Part shown: positions 51,637 to 60,925 of the stretch, piece after piece | Layout of the letters: each line of letters opens with the position of its first letter | Position numbering within the stretch: position 1 is the first letter of the stretch | Source of the DNA: Gemmatimonadaceae bacterium | Lineage (GTDB): Bacteria; Gemmatimonadota; Gemmatimonadetes; Gemmatimonadales; Gemmatimonadaceae | Length of the DNA stretch: 64,000 bases | Assembly (NCBI GenBank): GCA_040902005.1 | Contig: JBBDYA010000045.1 | Location: forward strand, 99,933-163,932 | Direction: 5' to 3' | Notes under the pieces: model-generated | Seen by the model: the letters and a program-made list of their open reading frames with translations, nothing else | Told to the model about the DNA's origin: nothing | The model's database searches: none | Program-made: the position numbers and the translations under genes

Positions 51637-52490
51637 CGCAGGAACTTCGCCGCAAGGGCGAGCGCAAATCAGGCCATGTGCGCGAGGCCATCCGCCAGGA
51701 GCTGGCGACGGACAGCGCGGCGATGCCAGCCGAGGACGCTGTCGAAGCGGGTGCGCGGCCCCCCGTGATCGAAATGCAGGACGTCAGCCTCGCGTTCGAT
51801 GTGCCCATCCTCGAGGACATCTCGTTCAAGGCACACGAGGGTGAGACCATCGTCATCGTCGGTGAATCCGGCACGGGGAAATCCACCGCGCTCAAGCTGA
51901 TGCTGCGCCTGTTGGTGCCGCAGAAGGGACGCGTGCTCGTGGATGGCGAGGACATCACGGATCTGTCATTCGAGGAAGCGCTCGTGGTGCGACAGAAAAT
52001 GGGGATGGTGTTTCAGGGCGCCGCGCTGTTCGACTCGCTCACGGTCTTCGAGAACATCGCCTATCCGCTTCGCGAACACACGCGCATGTCGGACGACGAG
52101 ATCGAGCAGCGGGTTCGCGAGAAGCTGGCGTTCGTGGATCTCGAGGCGGACGAGGTGATGGACAAGCTCCCGTCCGAGCTGTCGGGCGGCATGCGCAAAC
52201 GGGTCGGGATCGCCCGTGGGATGGCCAACGATCCCGAGGTGATGCTGTACGACGAACCCACGTCGGGACTGGATCCGCTCACGACGGGCACGATTACGCG
52301 GCTCATCCTGAAGCTCCAGCGGGAGCTCAAGGTCACCAGCATCGTCGTGTCCCACGACATCCGTTCGGCGTTCCGGATGGCCACCAAGATCGCGCTGCTG
52401 CACGACCATCGCATCTCCTTTTTCGGCACGCCGGAGGAAATGTCGGCCGCCGAGGATCCGTACATCCATGACTTTCTCGGTGGACTCTGA
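51633..52490 (+). CDS. mlaF: MlaF-family ABC ATPase
   Basis: GESGTGKS, FQGAALFDS, LSGGMRKRVGIAR, YDEPTSGLDP, SHD. Confidence 0.9.
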   Translation: MTQELRRKGERKSGHVREAIRQELATDSAAMPAEDAVEAGARPPVIEMQDVSLAFDVPILEDISFKAHEGETIVIVGESGTGKSTALKLMLRLLVPQKGRVLVDGEDITDLSFEEALVVRQKMGMVFQGAALFDSLTVFENIAYPLREHTRMSDDEIEQRVREKLAFVDLEADEVMDKLPSELSGGMRKRVGIARGMANDPEVMLYDEPTSGLDPLTTGTITRLILKLQRELKVTSIVVSHDIRSAFRMATKIALLHDHRISFFGTPEEMSAAEDPYIHDFLGGL

Positions 52491-53477
52491 ATGAAACGCT
52501 CACCGATGATCACGTGGGACCAATTGCGGGTCGCGGGCGTCATTCTGGCGGCCGTAGCGATACTCGCGTTCGCCGGATACAAGCTGGGCCAGGCGGCGAA
52601 CCTCTTCAGCAAGCGATACGAGCTGGTGGTGTTTCTTCCGTCAGCCAACGGGCTGCGCCAGGGCGGGTCCGTGACCGTAGCGGGGCAGCTCGTGGGCACG
52701 GTCAAGGAAATCGAGTTCCTGCCGGTGGACTACGACACCACGCGCAACCTGCGCGTCGTCGCGCTGGTGGACGTGGCGGTGCGGGAGCAGATCCGTCGCG
52801 ACTCTGAGGCCCGGCTGCGTACCATGGGTCTCTTGGGTGACAAAGTGCTCGACATCGCTCCGGGAACGCCGCGACATCCGGTGCTGGAGCCCGGGGACAC
52901 CATTCGCGTAGCCGCCTCGCTCGACTACGATGCGGTACTCGCGAAGGCGGGCAGCGCCGTGGACGACGTGGTGGCGCTTACGAAGGATCTTCGGGTCATC
53001 ACGAGCCGGCTGGCGTCCGGGCAGGGCACGATCGGCCAGATGCTGACCAATCGCGCGATGTACGATGAGCTCACGGGCACGATTGTGCGGGCAAACGCGC
53101 TCTTCGCCGGGTTACAGAACCCGAATGGCACCTTTGGGCGCATCCTGAACGATCCCGCGCTGTACGACAACCTGACGAGCACCGTGGCGGCCCTCGATAG
53201 CACGCTTCGCGCGGTGGGATCGGAGCAGGGAAGTCTGGGCCGGCTGCTGCGGGATACGACGCTGTATACCAACCTCGTGGGGATCGCTCAGGGCGCGGAC
53301 TCGCTGATGACGATGCTCGCGAGCGACCAGGGGTTCGTGGGCAAGCTCCTGCATGACCAGACGCTGTACGACCAGCTGAACAAGCTGGCGTCGGACCTCG
53401 GCGCCGTGCTGGACGATGTGCGGCGCGATCCGCGCCGATACACCAGGGGAGCGATCTGCGTCCTTCCGTGCAAATAG
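52491..53477 (+). CDS. mlaD: MCE/MlaD family protein
   Basis: N-terminal TM; GL..G..V..AG..VG.V, TMGLLGDK; helical C-terminus with repeated G.LG.LL.D..LY. Confidence 0.88.
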   Translation: MKRSPMITWDQLRVAGVILAAVAILAFAGYKLGQAANLFSKRYELVVFLPSANGLRQGGSVTVAGQLVGTVKEIEFLPVDYDTTRNLRVVALVDVAVREQIRRDSEARLRTMGLLGDKVLDIAPGTPRHPVLEPGDTIRVAASLDYDAVLAKAGSAVDDVVALTKDLRVITSRLASGQGTIGQMLTNRAMYDELTGTIVRANALFAGLQNPNGTFGRILNDPALYDNLTSTVAALDSTLRAVGSEQGSLGRLLRDTTLYTNLVGIAQGADSLMTMLASDQGFVGKLLHDQTLYDQLNKLASDLGAVLDDVRRDPRRYTRGAICVLPCK

Positions 53478-53501
53478 TCGGAGGCCTCGAGGCCGTCACA
53501 G

Positions 53502-53537
53502 CTTTGCATTGCAAAGTACTTGTCAGTGCCATATATT
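53502..53537 (+). promoter_or_regulatory. Candidate sigma70 promoter for tRNA-Val/SLBB gene with palindrome over the -35
   Basis: TTGCAA (53509-53514)-N17-TATATT (53532-53537); CTTTGCA-T-TGCAAAG (53502-53516). Confidence 0.55.
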
Positions 53538-53652
53538 GGCGACGTCGATCGATGGCACACCGGCCACGCCCGATTCACTGGACCAGTGCGCGCACGCTTG
53601 CTATGTTATTGGGCCGACACGCATTAGCGGATGTTTCGCAAACGTGTGATCC

Positions 53653-53726
53653 GGTCGCGTAGCTCAGCTGGTTAGAGCGCTGGTTTCACATACCAGAGGT
53701 CCGGGGTTCGAGTCCCTGCGCGACCA
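53653..53726 (+). tRNA. tRNA-Val (anticodon CAC); CCA not encoded
   Basis: GGTCGCG acceptor pairs with CGCGACC; anticodon arm CTGGT-TTCACAT-ACCAG; T-loop GTTCGAG. Confidence 0.92.
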
Positions 53727-53798
53727 CTTGCCCTCACCCACCCGTCCTCTGCAGGCGGGTATCCGGTCCAGCCGGAGCGTACCCAGGCACGAGAGGAT

Positions 53799-56366
53799 AT
53801 GAAGGTTTTTCGCATGTTGCCGCACATCGCGGCGGCGCTGCTCAGCTTTGCCGTTTCCCTGCCGGGCCAGCAGCCGTCACAGCGGCCCTCGCCGGGACAG
53901 GCGCGCGTGCTCATGCAGGCGCGCCCCGAAATTGTTGAACAGCTTCGCCAGCGGCTGCTGACGAGTGGCATGACGCGTGAACAGGTCCGTGCGCGACTGC
54001 GAGCAGAAGGCTATCCGGAGGACCTGCTGGATCCGTATCTGCCCGGCGCCACGGGTGCGGCAGTTGCGCCGGATTCCGCCTTGTATTCCGCGATGCAGGA
54101 ACTCGGGTTGGCGGACAGCGCCGACGTGGCCACGATTCGCGCGCTCCAATCCGATACCCTGTCTCCCAGCGCGCGTGATTCGATCATGCGCGCAGGGGGG
54201 ATGCTTTCGCGCGCGGACAGTCTGGCGCTGTTTTCGCGATCGCGACGAGCGATACGGACCGACGTGGCCGATTCGCTCGCCCGTCTCGATAGTGGCTTCA
54301 ACATTTTCGGCCTCGAGATCTTCCGCACTGGCGCGACCCGCCTGGAGCCGTCATTCATGGGGCCCGTGGACGACAACTACCGGCTCGGCCCTGGCGACCG
54401 ACTCGTGCTGATCCTCACGGGTGACGTCGAAGGCTCGCACATGCTGGACGTGACCCGCGAAGGCTTCGTCGTGATTCCGCAGGTGGGACAGTTGTACGTG
54501 TCGAACCTCACGCTGGGACAGCTCAACGACGTCCTCTATGCGCGCCTGGGGCGCGTGTATTCCGGTGTGCGGCGTGGCGCGGGTGCCACGACGCGTTTTT
54601 CCGTGAGTGTTTCGCGCTTGCGCACGAACCAGATCTACGTGCTCGGCGAGGTCGAGCGTCCGGGAACGTACATGGTCTCGAGCGCTGGCACCGCGCTGAC
54701 GTCGCTGTACGCGGCGGGCGGGCCAACGGCCAACGGCTCGCTGCGCGACGTTCAGATCAAGCGCGGCGGACGCGTCGTCACCACGGTGGATCTGTACGAC
54801 TATCTGCTACGCGGTGATGCCTCGCGCGATGCTCGCCTGGAAACCGGCGACATCGTTTTCGTCCCACCGCGTGGGGCGCGGGTTCGTGTCATTGGTGAAG
54901 TGATCCGCCCGGCGACGTACGAGATGCGACCTGGCGAAACGCTCGCGCAACTGATCTCCGCCGCGGGCGGGTTCAGGGCGGACGCGATTCAGAACCGCGT
55001 CCAGATCCAGCGGATCCTGCCGCCGGACCAGCGGACCGGCGATGGCCATGACCGCATGACCATTGACGTCGCCGCGAGCGATGGGGAAGGAATGACGGCA
55101 GGCCTGCCCCTGGAGTCCGGGGACGTCGTGCGGGTCTTTTCGGTTGCGCCGCGGATTCGCAACATGATCACGGTCGAGGGCAACGTGTGGAATCCCGGCA
55201 CGCTGGGCCTGCGACCGGGAATGCAGATCGCCGACGCCATCCGCCTGTCCGGTGGGCTGAAACCCGACGCCTATCTGGGCCAGGTGCTCGTGTCGCGATT
55301 ACGGCCGGACTCGACGCGCGTGCAACTGCGCGCCGCCCTGCGCGACACCAGCGGCGCGGTCCTCGACGATTTTCCCCTGCTCGAAGACGACGTCGTCGAG
55401 CTGTTCTCACTCACGGACTTTCGTCCAGACCGTTACGTCGCCATTGGCGGTGCGGTTCGCCAGGGCGGTCGCGTACCGTACCGGCGTGGCATGACGATGC
55501 GCGACCTGGTGCTCATGGCCGGCGGGCTCACGGAGGGCGCGTATCTCAGGGAGGCCGAGATTGCCCGCCTGCCGACGGACCGCACTGGCGCAGCGACCGC
55601 CACCACGATTCGGGTGCCATTGGACTCGAGCTACCTGTTCGAACGGAAGCCCGGTGAGCAGTACCTCGGCGCCCCTGGATTGCCCGCCCCGGCAGATGGC
55701 GCGCCGGAAGTCGAGCTGCAGCCGTATGACAACGTGCTCATCATGCAGCAGCCCACCTGGGAGTTGCAGCGCGTGGTCACGGTCGCGGGCGAAGTGAATT
55801 TTCCCGGCGACTACGCGCTGAAGTCGCGCGACGAGCGGTTGGCGGATATGATCGACCGAGCCGGCGGGTTGACCTCGGAGGCATACGCCGAAGGAACAGT
55901 GTTTATTCGACGTCGCGGCGACGTGGGGCGTGTGGCCCTCGACGCGCCTCTGGCGCTGCGACGGCGAACGTCTCCGGAAAACCTCGTGCTCATGGACGGA
56001 GACCTCATCACCGTTCCGCTGCGCTCGAATGTCGTTACGGTACGTGGTGCCGTGAACGCGCCAACCGTGGTCGCATACGTCTCCGGCCAGGATCTGAACT
56101 ACTATATCGCTCAGGCGGGTGGCCATGCTCGTGAGGCAGATGACGGCCGCGCATTCGTCACACAGCCGAACGGCAAGCGCCAGACCGTGAGTCGGCGATG
56201 GCTCCTTCCGGACGGCGTTCCGAAACCGTTGCCAGGGAGCACGGTGATCGTGCCACAGCGCGATCCCAGCGATCGCGTCGACATCGCGCAGTTCGTCAAC
56301 ACGATCACGACGGTCGTCGCGAGCCTGGCGACGGTCTACGCTATCGTCATCAGCACCCGGCCGTAG
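53799..56366 (+). CDS. Polysaccharide export protein with multiple SLBB domains (Wza/KpsD-like)
   Basis: Signal peptide; YRLGPGD poly-export motif; repeated V.GEV..PG.Y / AGG SLBB units; C-terminal amphipathic helix. Confidence 0.88.
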   Translation: MKVFRMLPHIAAALLSFAVSLPGQQPSQRPSPGQARVLMQARPEIVEQLRQRLLTSGMTREQVRARLRAEGYPEDLLDPYLPGATGAAVAPDSALYSAMQELGLADSADVATIRALQSDTLSPSARDSIMRAGGMLSRADSLALFSRSRRAIRTDVADSLARLDSGFNIFGLEIFRTGATRLEPSFMGPVDDNYRLGPGDRLVLILTGDVEGSHMLDVTREGFVVIPQVGQLYVSNLTLGQLNDVLYARLGRVYSGVRRGAGATTRFSVSVSRLRTNQIYVLGEVERPGTYMVSSAGTALTSLYAAGGPTANGSLRDVQIKRGGRVVTTVDLYDYLLRGDASRDARLETGDIVFVPPRGARVRVIGEVIRPATYEMRPGETLAQLISAAGGFRADAIQNRVQIQRILPPDQRTGDGHDRMTIDVAASDGEGMTAGLPLESGDVVRVFSVAPRIRNMITVEGNVWNPGTLGLRPGMQIADAIRLSGGLKPDAYLGQVLVSRLRPDSTRVQLRAALRDTSGAVLDDFPLLEDDVVELFSLTDFRPDRYVAIGGAVRQGGRVPYRRGMTMRDLVLMAGGLTEGAYLREAEIARLPTDRTGAATATTIRVPLDSSYLFERKPGEQYLGAPGLPAPADGAPEVELQPYDNVLIMQQPTWELQRVVTVAGEVNFPGDYALKSRDERLADMIDRAGGLTSEAYAEGTVFIRRRGDVGRVALDAPLALRRRTSPENLVLMDGDLITVPLRSNVVTVRGAVNAPTVVAYVSGQDLNYYIAQAGGHAREADDGRAFVTQPNGKRQTVSRRWLLPDGVPKPLPGSTVIVPQRDPSDRVDIAQFVNTITTVVASLATVYAIVISTRP

Positions 56367-56400
56367 GAGTCAGGGCGTCGAGTAGATTGGGGCGCATCGT

Positions 56401-57300
56401 ATGACGGTGCGCCCCGCGCTCGTGTCGGCCGTACTGGTGCTGGCGGTCCTGGGAGTCTCGCTCTCGGGACCGCTGGTGCGTCTCTCCACGGCACACCCGA
56501 TTGCCATCGCCGTGTGGCGGCTCACGTTCTCGCTCGCGATCATCGCGGTGCCGCTGCTTGCGCGTGGCACCTGGAGGCAGTGGCGTGCGCTCGGCGGACG
56601 TGACATGGCTCTGGCGGTGATTGGGGGCGCGATGCTCGCGCTGCACTTCTGGAGCTGGAACACGTCCGTCGAACTGACGACGATCGCGGCGTCCACCGTC
56701 CTGGTGAACACACAGCCACTGATCGTCGCGATGATCTCCGGCTTCTGGCTGCGCGAGGCCCCCACCCGCACGCAGTGGCTCGGCATCGGGGTCGCGATGA
56801 CGGGCGCCCTCCTCGTGGCTGCGCCGGACCTGACTCGTGATGGGGCGCTGTCCCTGTCGGGCCGTGCCGCTGCCGGCGATGCGCTGGCGCTGGCGGGGGC
56901 CGCCACCGCGGCGCTCTACTATGTGATCGGACGCCGCTTGCGCGCGGCGCTGGATCTGTGGGCCTACGTGGCGCTGGTCTATGGCGCTTGCCTCGCGACA
57001 CTGCTGGTGCTTGCCGCGCTCCTCGATGTGCCCCTCGGGCCGTACCCGCGTCGCGAATACGGGATCTTCGCGCTGCTGGCGATCGGGCCCATGCTGCTGG
57101 GTCACACCGGCATGAATTGGGCGCTTCGCCACATGCCTGCGTACCAGGTGAATGTCGTGCTGCTGGGCGAGCCGATCGGGGCCACCGTGCTGGCGGCATT
57201 GCTTCCGGGCATTCGGGAGCGCCCCACAGCCTTGACGCTCGTCGGCGGTGCGATCGTGCTGGGCGGCATCATCATCGCGGAGCGGCGCGCGAGGCCCTAG
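56401..57300 (+). CDS. DMT/EamA family transporter
   Basis: About 10 TM segments in two repeats; WLRE and EPIGA motifs. Confidence 0.85.
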   Translation: MTVRPALVSAVLVLAVLGVSLSGPLVRLSTAHPIAIAVWRLTFSLAIIAVPLLARGTWRQWRALGGRDMALAVIGGAMLALHFWSWNTSVELTTIAASTVLVNTQPLIVAMISGFWLREAPTRTQWLGIGVAMTGALLVAAPDLTRDGALSLSGRAAAGDALALAGAATAALYYVIGRRLRAALDLWAYVALVYGACLATLLVLAALLDVPLGPYPRREYGIFALLAIGPMLLGHTGMNWALRHMPAYQVNVVLLGEPIGATVLAALLPGIRERPTALTLVGGAIVLGGIIIAERRARP

Positions 57301-57368
57301 ACGCTTCGTCGCCTCGATTATGTTTCGGGCGTGAAGTCCGTGTGGGCGAAGGAGGCACCAAGCCGACC

Positions 57369-58358
57369 ATGAAGACGTTGCAGCTCGACGTCGTGGCGAC
57401 CCGCGGCGGGGTTGTCGAATCCCAGCACCGAGTGCATGCGGCGGTCGTTGACGCACGCGACTGCCTTTCCGCGGCGGCCGGCGAGCCCCGTCGCTTCACG
57501 CACTGGCGTTCGTGCGCCAAGCCCTTTCAGGTCATGCCGCTGATCACGTCCGGCGGGTTTGACGACCTGCATTGGGGGGACGACGAGCTCGCGCTTGCGT
57601 GTGCGTCGCATGGCGGTGAGCCCGAACACGTCGCGATCGCCGAGCGCATGCTGTCGGGCATCGGACTGGAGGAGGGTGACCTTGCCTGCGGGCCGCACGA
57701 GCCACTCTCGAACCGCGGCGCCAAGCTGCTTCGCGAAGCGGGTGACCGTCCCACGCGCCTGCACAACAACTGCTCCGGGAAGCACGCCGCGATGCTCGCC
57801 TGCGCGCACACGGCTGGCTGGCCGCTCTTTGGGTACGAACGACCGGGGCATGATGTGCAGCGGTGCTGCCTCGCGAGTGTGGCGCACTGGACGGGCATGG
57901 ACTCGGCGGCGATCGGGATTGCCGTGGATGGATGCGGCGTGGTGGAGTTTGCCCTCCCCCTGGAGCACATGGCGCGGGCATACTCCCGCCTCGCGCGCGC
58001 GGCCACCGAGGAAGCGGGGATGGCGCAGCGAGTGATCGGGGCGATGCAGACCCGCCCGTTTCTCGTGGGCGGCACCGATCGGTTCGATTCGATCCTCATC
58101 GAGGAGACCGACGGCCGCGTGGTCGCGAAGATCGGCGCCGAAGGCGTGCATTCGGCCGCGCTGCTCGAGCAGGGGATCGGGGTGGCGATCAAGGTGGAGG
58201 ATGGTGCGCTGCGCGCGCAGTTCCCCGCGTTCGTTCGCCTGTTGCAGATGCTCGATGCGCTCCCGGAAGTGCTTCCGGCCCGGTTGGAGGATTTTCTTCA
58301 CCGGCACATCCGGAACACGCGAGGCGAATCCGTCGGCGAGATTCGGCCGGTCGCCTGA
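57369..58358 (+). CDS. L-asparaginase II (Rhizobium-type, class 3)
   Basis: RG..VES.H, RSCAKPFQ, ASHGGE, NNCSGKH, DGCG, KIGAEG; AGGAGG SD. Confidence 0.88.
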   Translation: MKTLQLDVVATRGGVVESQHRVHAAVVDARDCLSAAAGEPRRFTHWRSCAKPFQVMPLITSGGFDDLHWGDDELALACASHGGEPEHVAIAERMLSGIGLEEGDLACGPHEPLSNRGAKLLREAGDRPTRLHNNCSGKHAAMLACAHTAGWPLFGYERPGHDVQRCCLASVAHWTGMDSAAIGIAVDGCGVVEFALPLEHMARAYSRLARAATEEAGMAQRVIGAMQTRPFLVGGTDRFDSILIEETDGRVVAKIGAEGVHSAALLEQGIGVAIKVEDGALRAQFPAFVRLLQMLDALPEVLPARLEDFLHRHIRNTRGESVGEIRPVA

Positions 58359-58389
58359 GCGCGATTTCGCGCCGCCGGGCGTTCGATTG

Positions 58390-59031
58390 ATGCCGCGTCC
58401 CCGTCCGGTCGCCATCACACTTGACCACCTGGATGAGCCCACACGGCGGCTCGTCCGCGTGGCTGCCGTGCTCGCGGGCGGTACCGAGGACGACATCCGG
58501 CAGGAACTTCAACCAGCGGCCGGAGACACCCCGCGCGAATGGATCGAGGAGGTGCTGTTGCAGACGTACCTGTTCGCCGGGTTTCCCCGGGCGCTGAACG
58601 GCATGCGCGAGTGGCGGCGGATCGTGCAGGTGCCGGCGTCCGCCGACGTTGTCGGTGCGAGCCGGGATCGTCTGGTGGCCATCGGAGAGGCAACGTGCGC
58701 GAGCGTGTACGGCTCGATGTACGAGCGCCTGCGCGGCAATATCCGACATCTGCACCCGCTCCTGGACGAGTGGATGATCGTGGAAGGGTACGGCAAGGTG
58801 CTCAGCCGCGAGCAGCTGGATCTGCCGCGGCGCGAGCTCTGCATTGTTGCCGCCTGCGCCGCGACGGGGCAGGATCGCCAGCTGCAGTCGCACTTGCATG
58901 GCGCCCGGAACGTCGGTGTCGGCAACGGCGCCATCACGGACGCGCTGACCGCGCTGCGCGATCGGATTCACGAACACCTTCATGCACGCGCAACGCGCCT
59001 CTGGGACCGCATTCGCCATGACATTCATTGA
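58390..59031 (+). CDS. Carboxymuconolactone decarboxylase (AhpD-like) family protein
   Basis: LFAGFPRALN, YGKVLSR..L....RELC, QL.SHL.GA..VG. Confidence 0.8.
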   Translation: MPRPRPVAITLDHLDEPTRRLVRVAAVLAGGTEDDIRQELQPAAGDTPREWIEEVLLQTYLFAGFPRALNGMREWRRIVQVPASADVVGASRDRLVAIGEATCASVYGSMYERLRGNIRHLHPLLDEWMIVEGYGKVLSREQLDLPRRELCIVAACAATGQDRQLQSHLHGARNVGVGNGAITDALTALRDRIHEHLHARATRLWDRIRHDIH

Positions 59032-60040
59032 TCGCGTCCGCATTCGCGTGAAGGCGGGGGACGGTGGGTCAGGCATCGCGTCGTTCCGTCGGGAGAAGTT
59101 CATTCCGATGGGCGGGCCAGACGGTGGTGACGGCGGACACGGCGGCAGCATTCTCGTGCGCGCGGATGCCAACCTTGCCACGCTCCTGGACTACTCCTAT
59201 CGCGATGCCTGGCGCGCGGAGAATGGCGATCACGGGTCGGGAGCGAACAAGACCGGCCGTTCCGGAGACGACCTCGTGCTGCCCGTGCCACCAGGTACCA
59301 TCGTTCGCAACGCAGACTCCAGCGAGATCATCGCGGAGGTCGTCGAGCATGACCAGAGCGTCGTCGTCGCCCGCGGCGGACGGGGTGGCAAGGGCAACGC
59401 GTTCTTCACCACGTCCACCCGCCAGGCCCCCCGCGCCTTCCAGCCCGGCGAGGACGGCGAGGAGCTCGCGCTCGAGCTCGAGCTGAAGCTCATCGCCGAC
59501 ATCGGTCTGGTCGGACAGCCAAACGCGGGCAAGTCCACCCTCCTTTCTGTTGTCTCCGCGGCGCGACCGAAGATTGCCGACTATCCCTTCACGACGCTGT
59601 CGCCGAACCTGGGCGTGGTGCAGCTGTCGGACGGACGAACGTTCGTGGTCGCGGATATTCCCGGCATCATCGAGGGCGCCCACGAAGGAAAGGGCCTCGG
59701 ACTCCAGTTCCTGCGCCACATCGAGCGCACACGACTCCTGGCGTTCATGATTCCGATCGATGCGATGGATTGGCAACGCGAATACGATCAATTGCGTAGC
59801 GAGATCCGGGAGTATTCGGCGGAGCTGGCGGGCAAGCCGCACTGTGTGCTGTTCACCAAGATGGATCTGCTTGGCGACACGGAGCCGCCGCCGATCGAAG
59901 CGCCGGATGCCTTTGGCGTGTTTGCCGTGAGCTCCCTCGCCCGCCAGGGACTCGAACCGCTGCTGGCCGAGTGGTGGCGGCAGCTGCTCGACATGCGAAA
60001 GGCCAGTGAGCGCGCCGCTGCCCCCGCCGAGCTGCCCTGA
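59018..60040 (+). CDS. obgE: GTPase ObgE
   Basis: FIDRV, FRREKFIPMGGPDGGDGG, GQPNAGKST, YPFTT, DIPG, TKMD. Confidence 0.96.
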   Translation: MTFIDRVRIRVKAGDGGSGIASFRREKFIPMGGPDGGDGGHGGSILVRADANLATLLDYSYRDAWRAENGDHGSGANKTGRSGDDLVLPVPPGTIVRNADSSEIIAEVVEHDQSVVVARGGRGGKGNAFFTTSTRQAPRAFQPGEDGEELALELELKLIADIGLVGQPNAGKSTLLSVVSAARPKIADYPFTTLSPNLGVVQLSDGRTFVVADIPGIIEGAHEGKGLGLQFLRHIERTRLLAFMIPIDAMDWQREYDQLRSEIREYSAELAGKPHCVLFTKMDLLGDTEPPPIEAPDAFGVFAVSSLARQGLEPLLAEWWRQLLDMRKASERAAAPAELP

Positions 60041-60902
60041 GACAAGCGGCAGCATCGCGCGCATTTGGCGCGGCGAGGCGCGATATCCGGACGCCCTCGA
60101 GGACTTGCGTGAAAATGCTCCACGGCAGCTCACCGCACGCGGGCGACTCGAGCTGCTCGACGTACAGCCGCGCGTCGCCATCGTCGGCACGCGTCGCGCG
60201 ACGGGATACGGACTGCGCGTCACGAGAGAGTTGGGCGCGGCCTTCGCCCGGGCGGGGGCGTGCGTGGTCAGTGGTCTCGCCCTTGGCATCGACGGCGCCG
60301 CGCACCAGGGAGCGCTCGAGGCGGGCGGCGCAACGATCGCCGTGCTCGGCACGGGACTGGATGCGGTATTCCCGCGAGCGAATCGCGCCCTGCAGGCGCG
60401 CATCGCGTCGGACGGGCTTCTGCTGAGCGAACTGGAGCCGCTGGAGCACGGTACGAAGTGGACTTTTCCCGAGCGCAATCGAATCATCGCCGCGCTTTCC
60501 GCCGTCACCATCGTGGTGGAAGCGCCGCACAAAAGCGGTGCCCTCATCACGGCGGACTGTGCGGAGGAACTTGGCCGTACGGTCGCCGTGATTCCGGGCC
60601 CCATCGATCAGCCGCAGAGTGCCGGGAGCAATCGCCTGCTTCGGGACGGGCGGCTGGCGCTCGTCACCATCGAGGACGCGCTGGCGCTCGTCGGACTCAC
60701 GCCGCCGCCACGCGCGCCGCGAGGTGATCCGCGGGGCAACGAGGGGCGTGTCTGGGCCGCCCTGGCGGGTGGCGGCCTGGATATGGACACGCTGTGCCTC
60801 AAGAGCGGTCTTCCCGCTGCCCAGTGCATGGCGGCGGTGACCACGCTCGAATTGCATGGTTCGGTCGAGTGCGCCATCACCGGTGAGATACGGCGCCGCT
60901 GA
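60006..60902 (+). CDS. dprA: DNA-processing protein DprA
   Basis: AIVGTR, VSGLALGID..AH, FPERNRII, SGALITA; C-terminal winged helix. Confidence 0.92.
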   Translation: MSAPLPPPSCPETSGSIARIWRGEARYPDALEDLRENAPRQLTARGRLELLDVQPRVAIVGTRRATGYGLRVTRELGAAFARAGACVVSGLALGIDGAAHQGALEAGGATIAVLGTGLDAVFPRANRALQARIASDGLLLSELEPLEHGTKWTFPERNRIIAALSAVTIVVEAPHKSGALITADCAEELGRTVAVIPGPIDQPQSAGSNRLLRDGRLALVTIEDALALVGLTPPPRAPRGDPRGNEGRVWAALAGGGLDMDTLCLKSGLPAAQCMAAVTTLELHGSVECAITGEIRRR

Positions 60903-60925
60903 CCGCGCCCGCCCTATCTTGCAAC

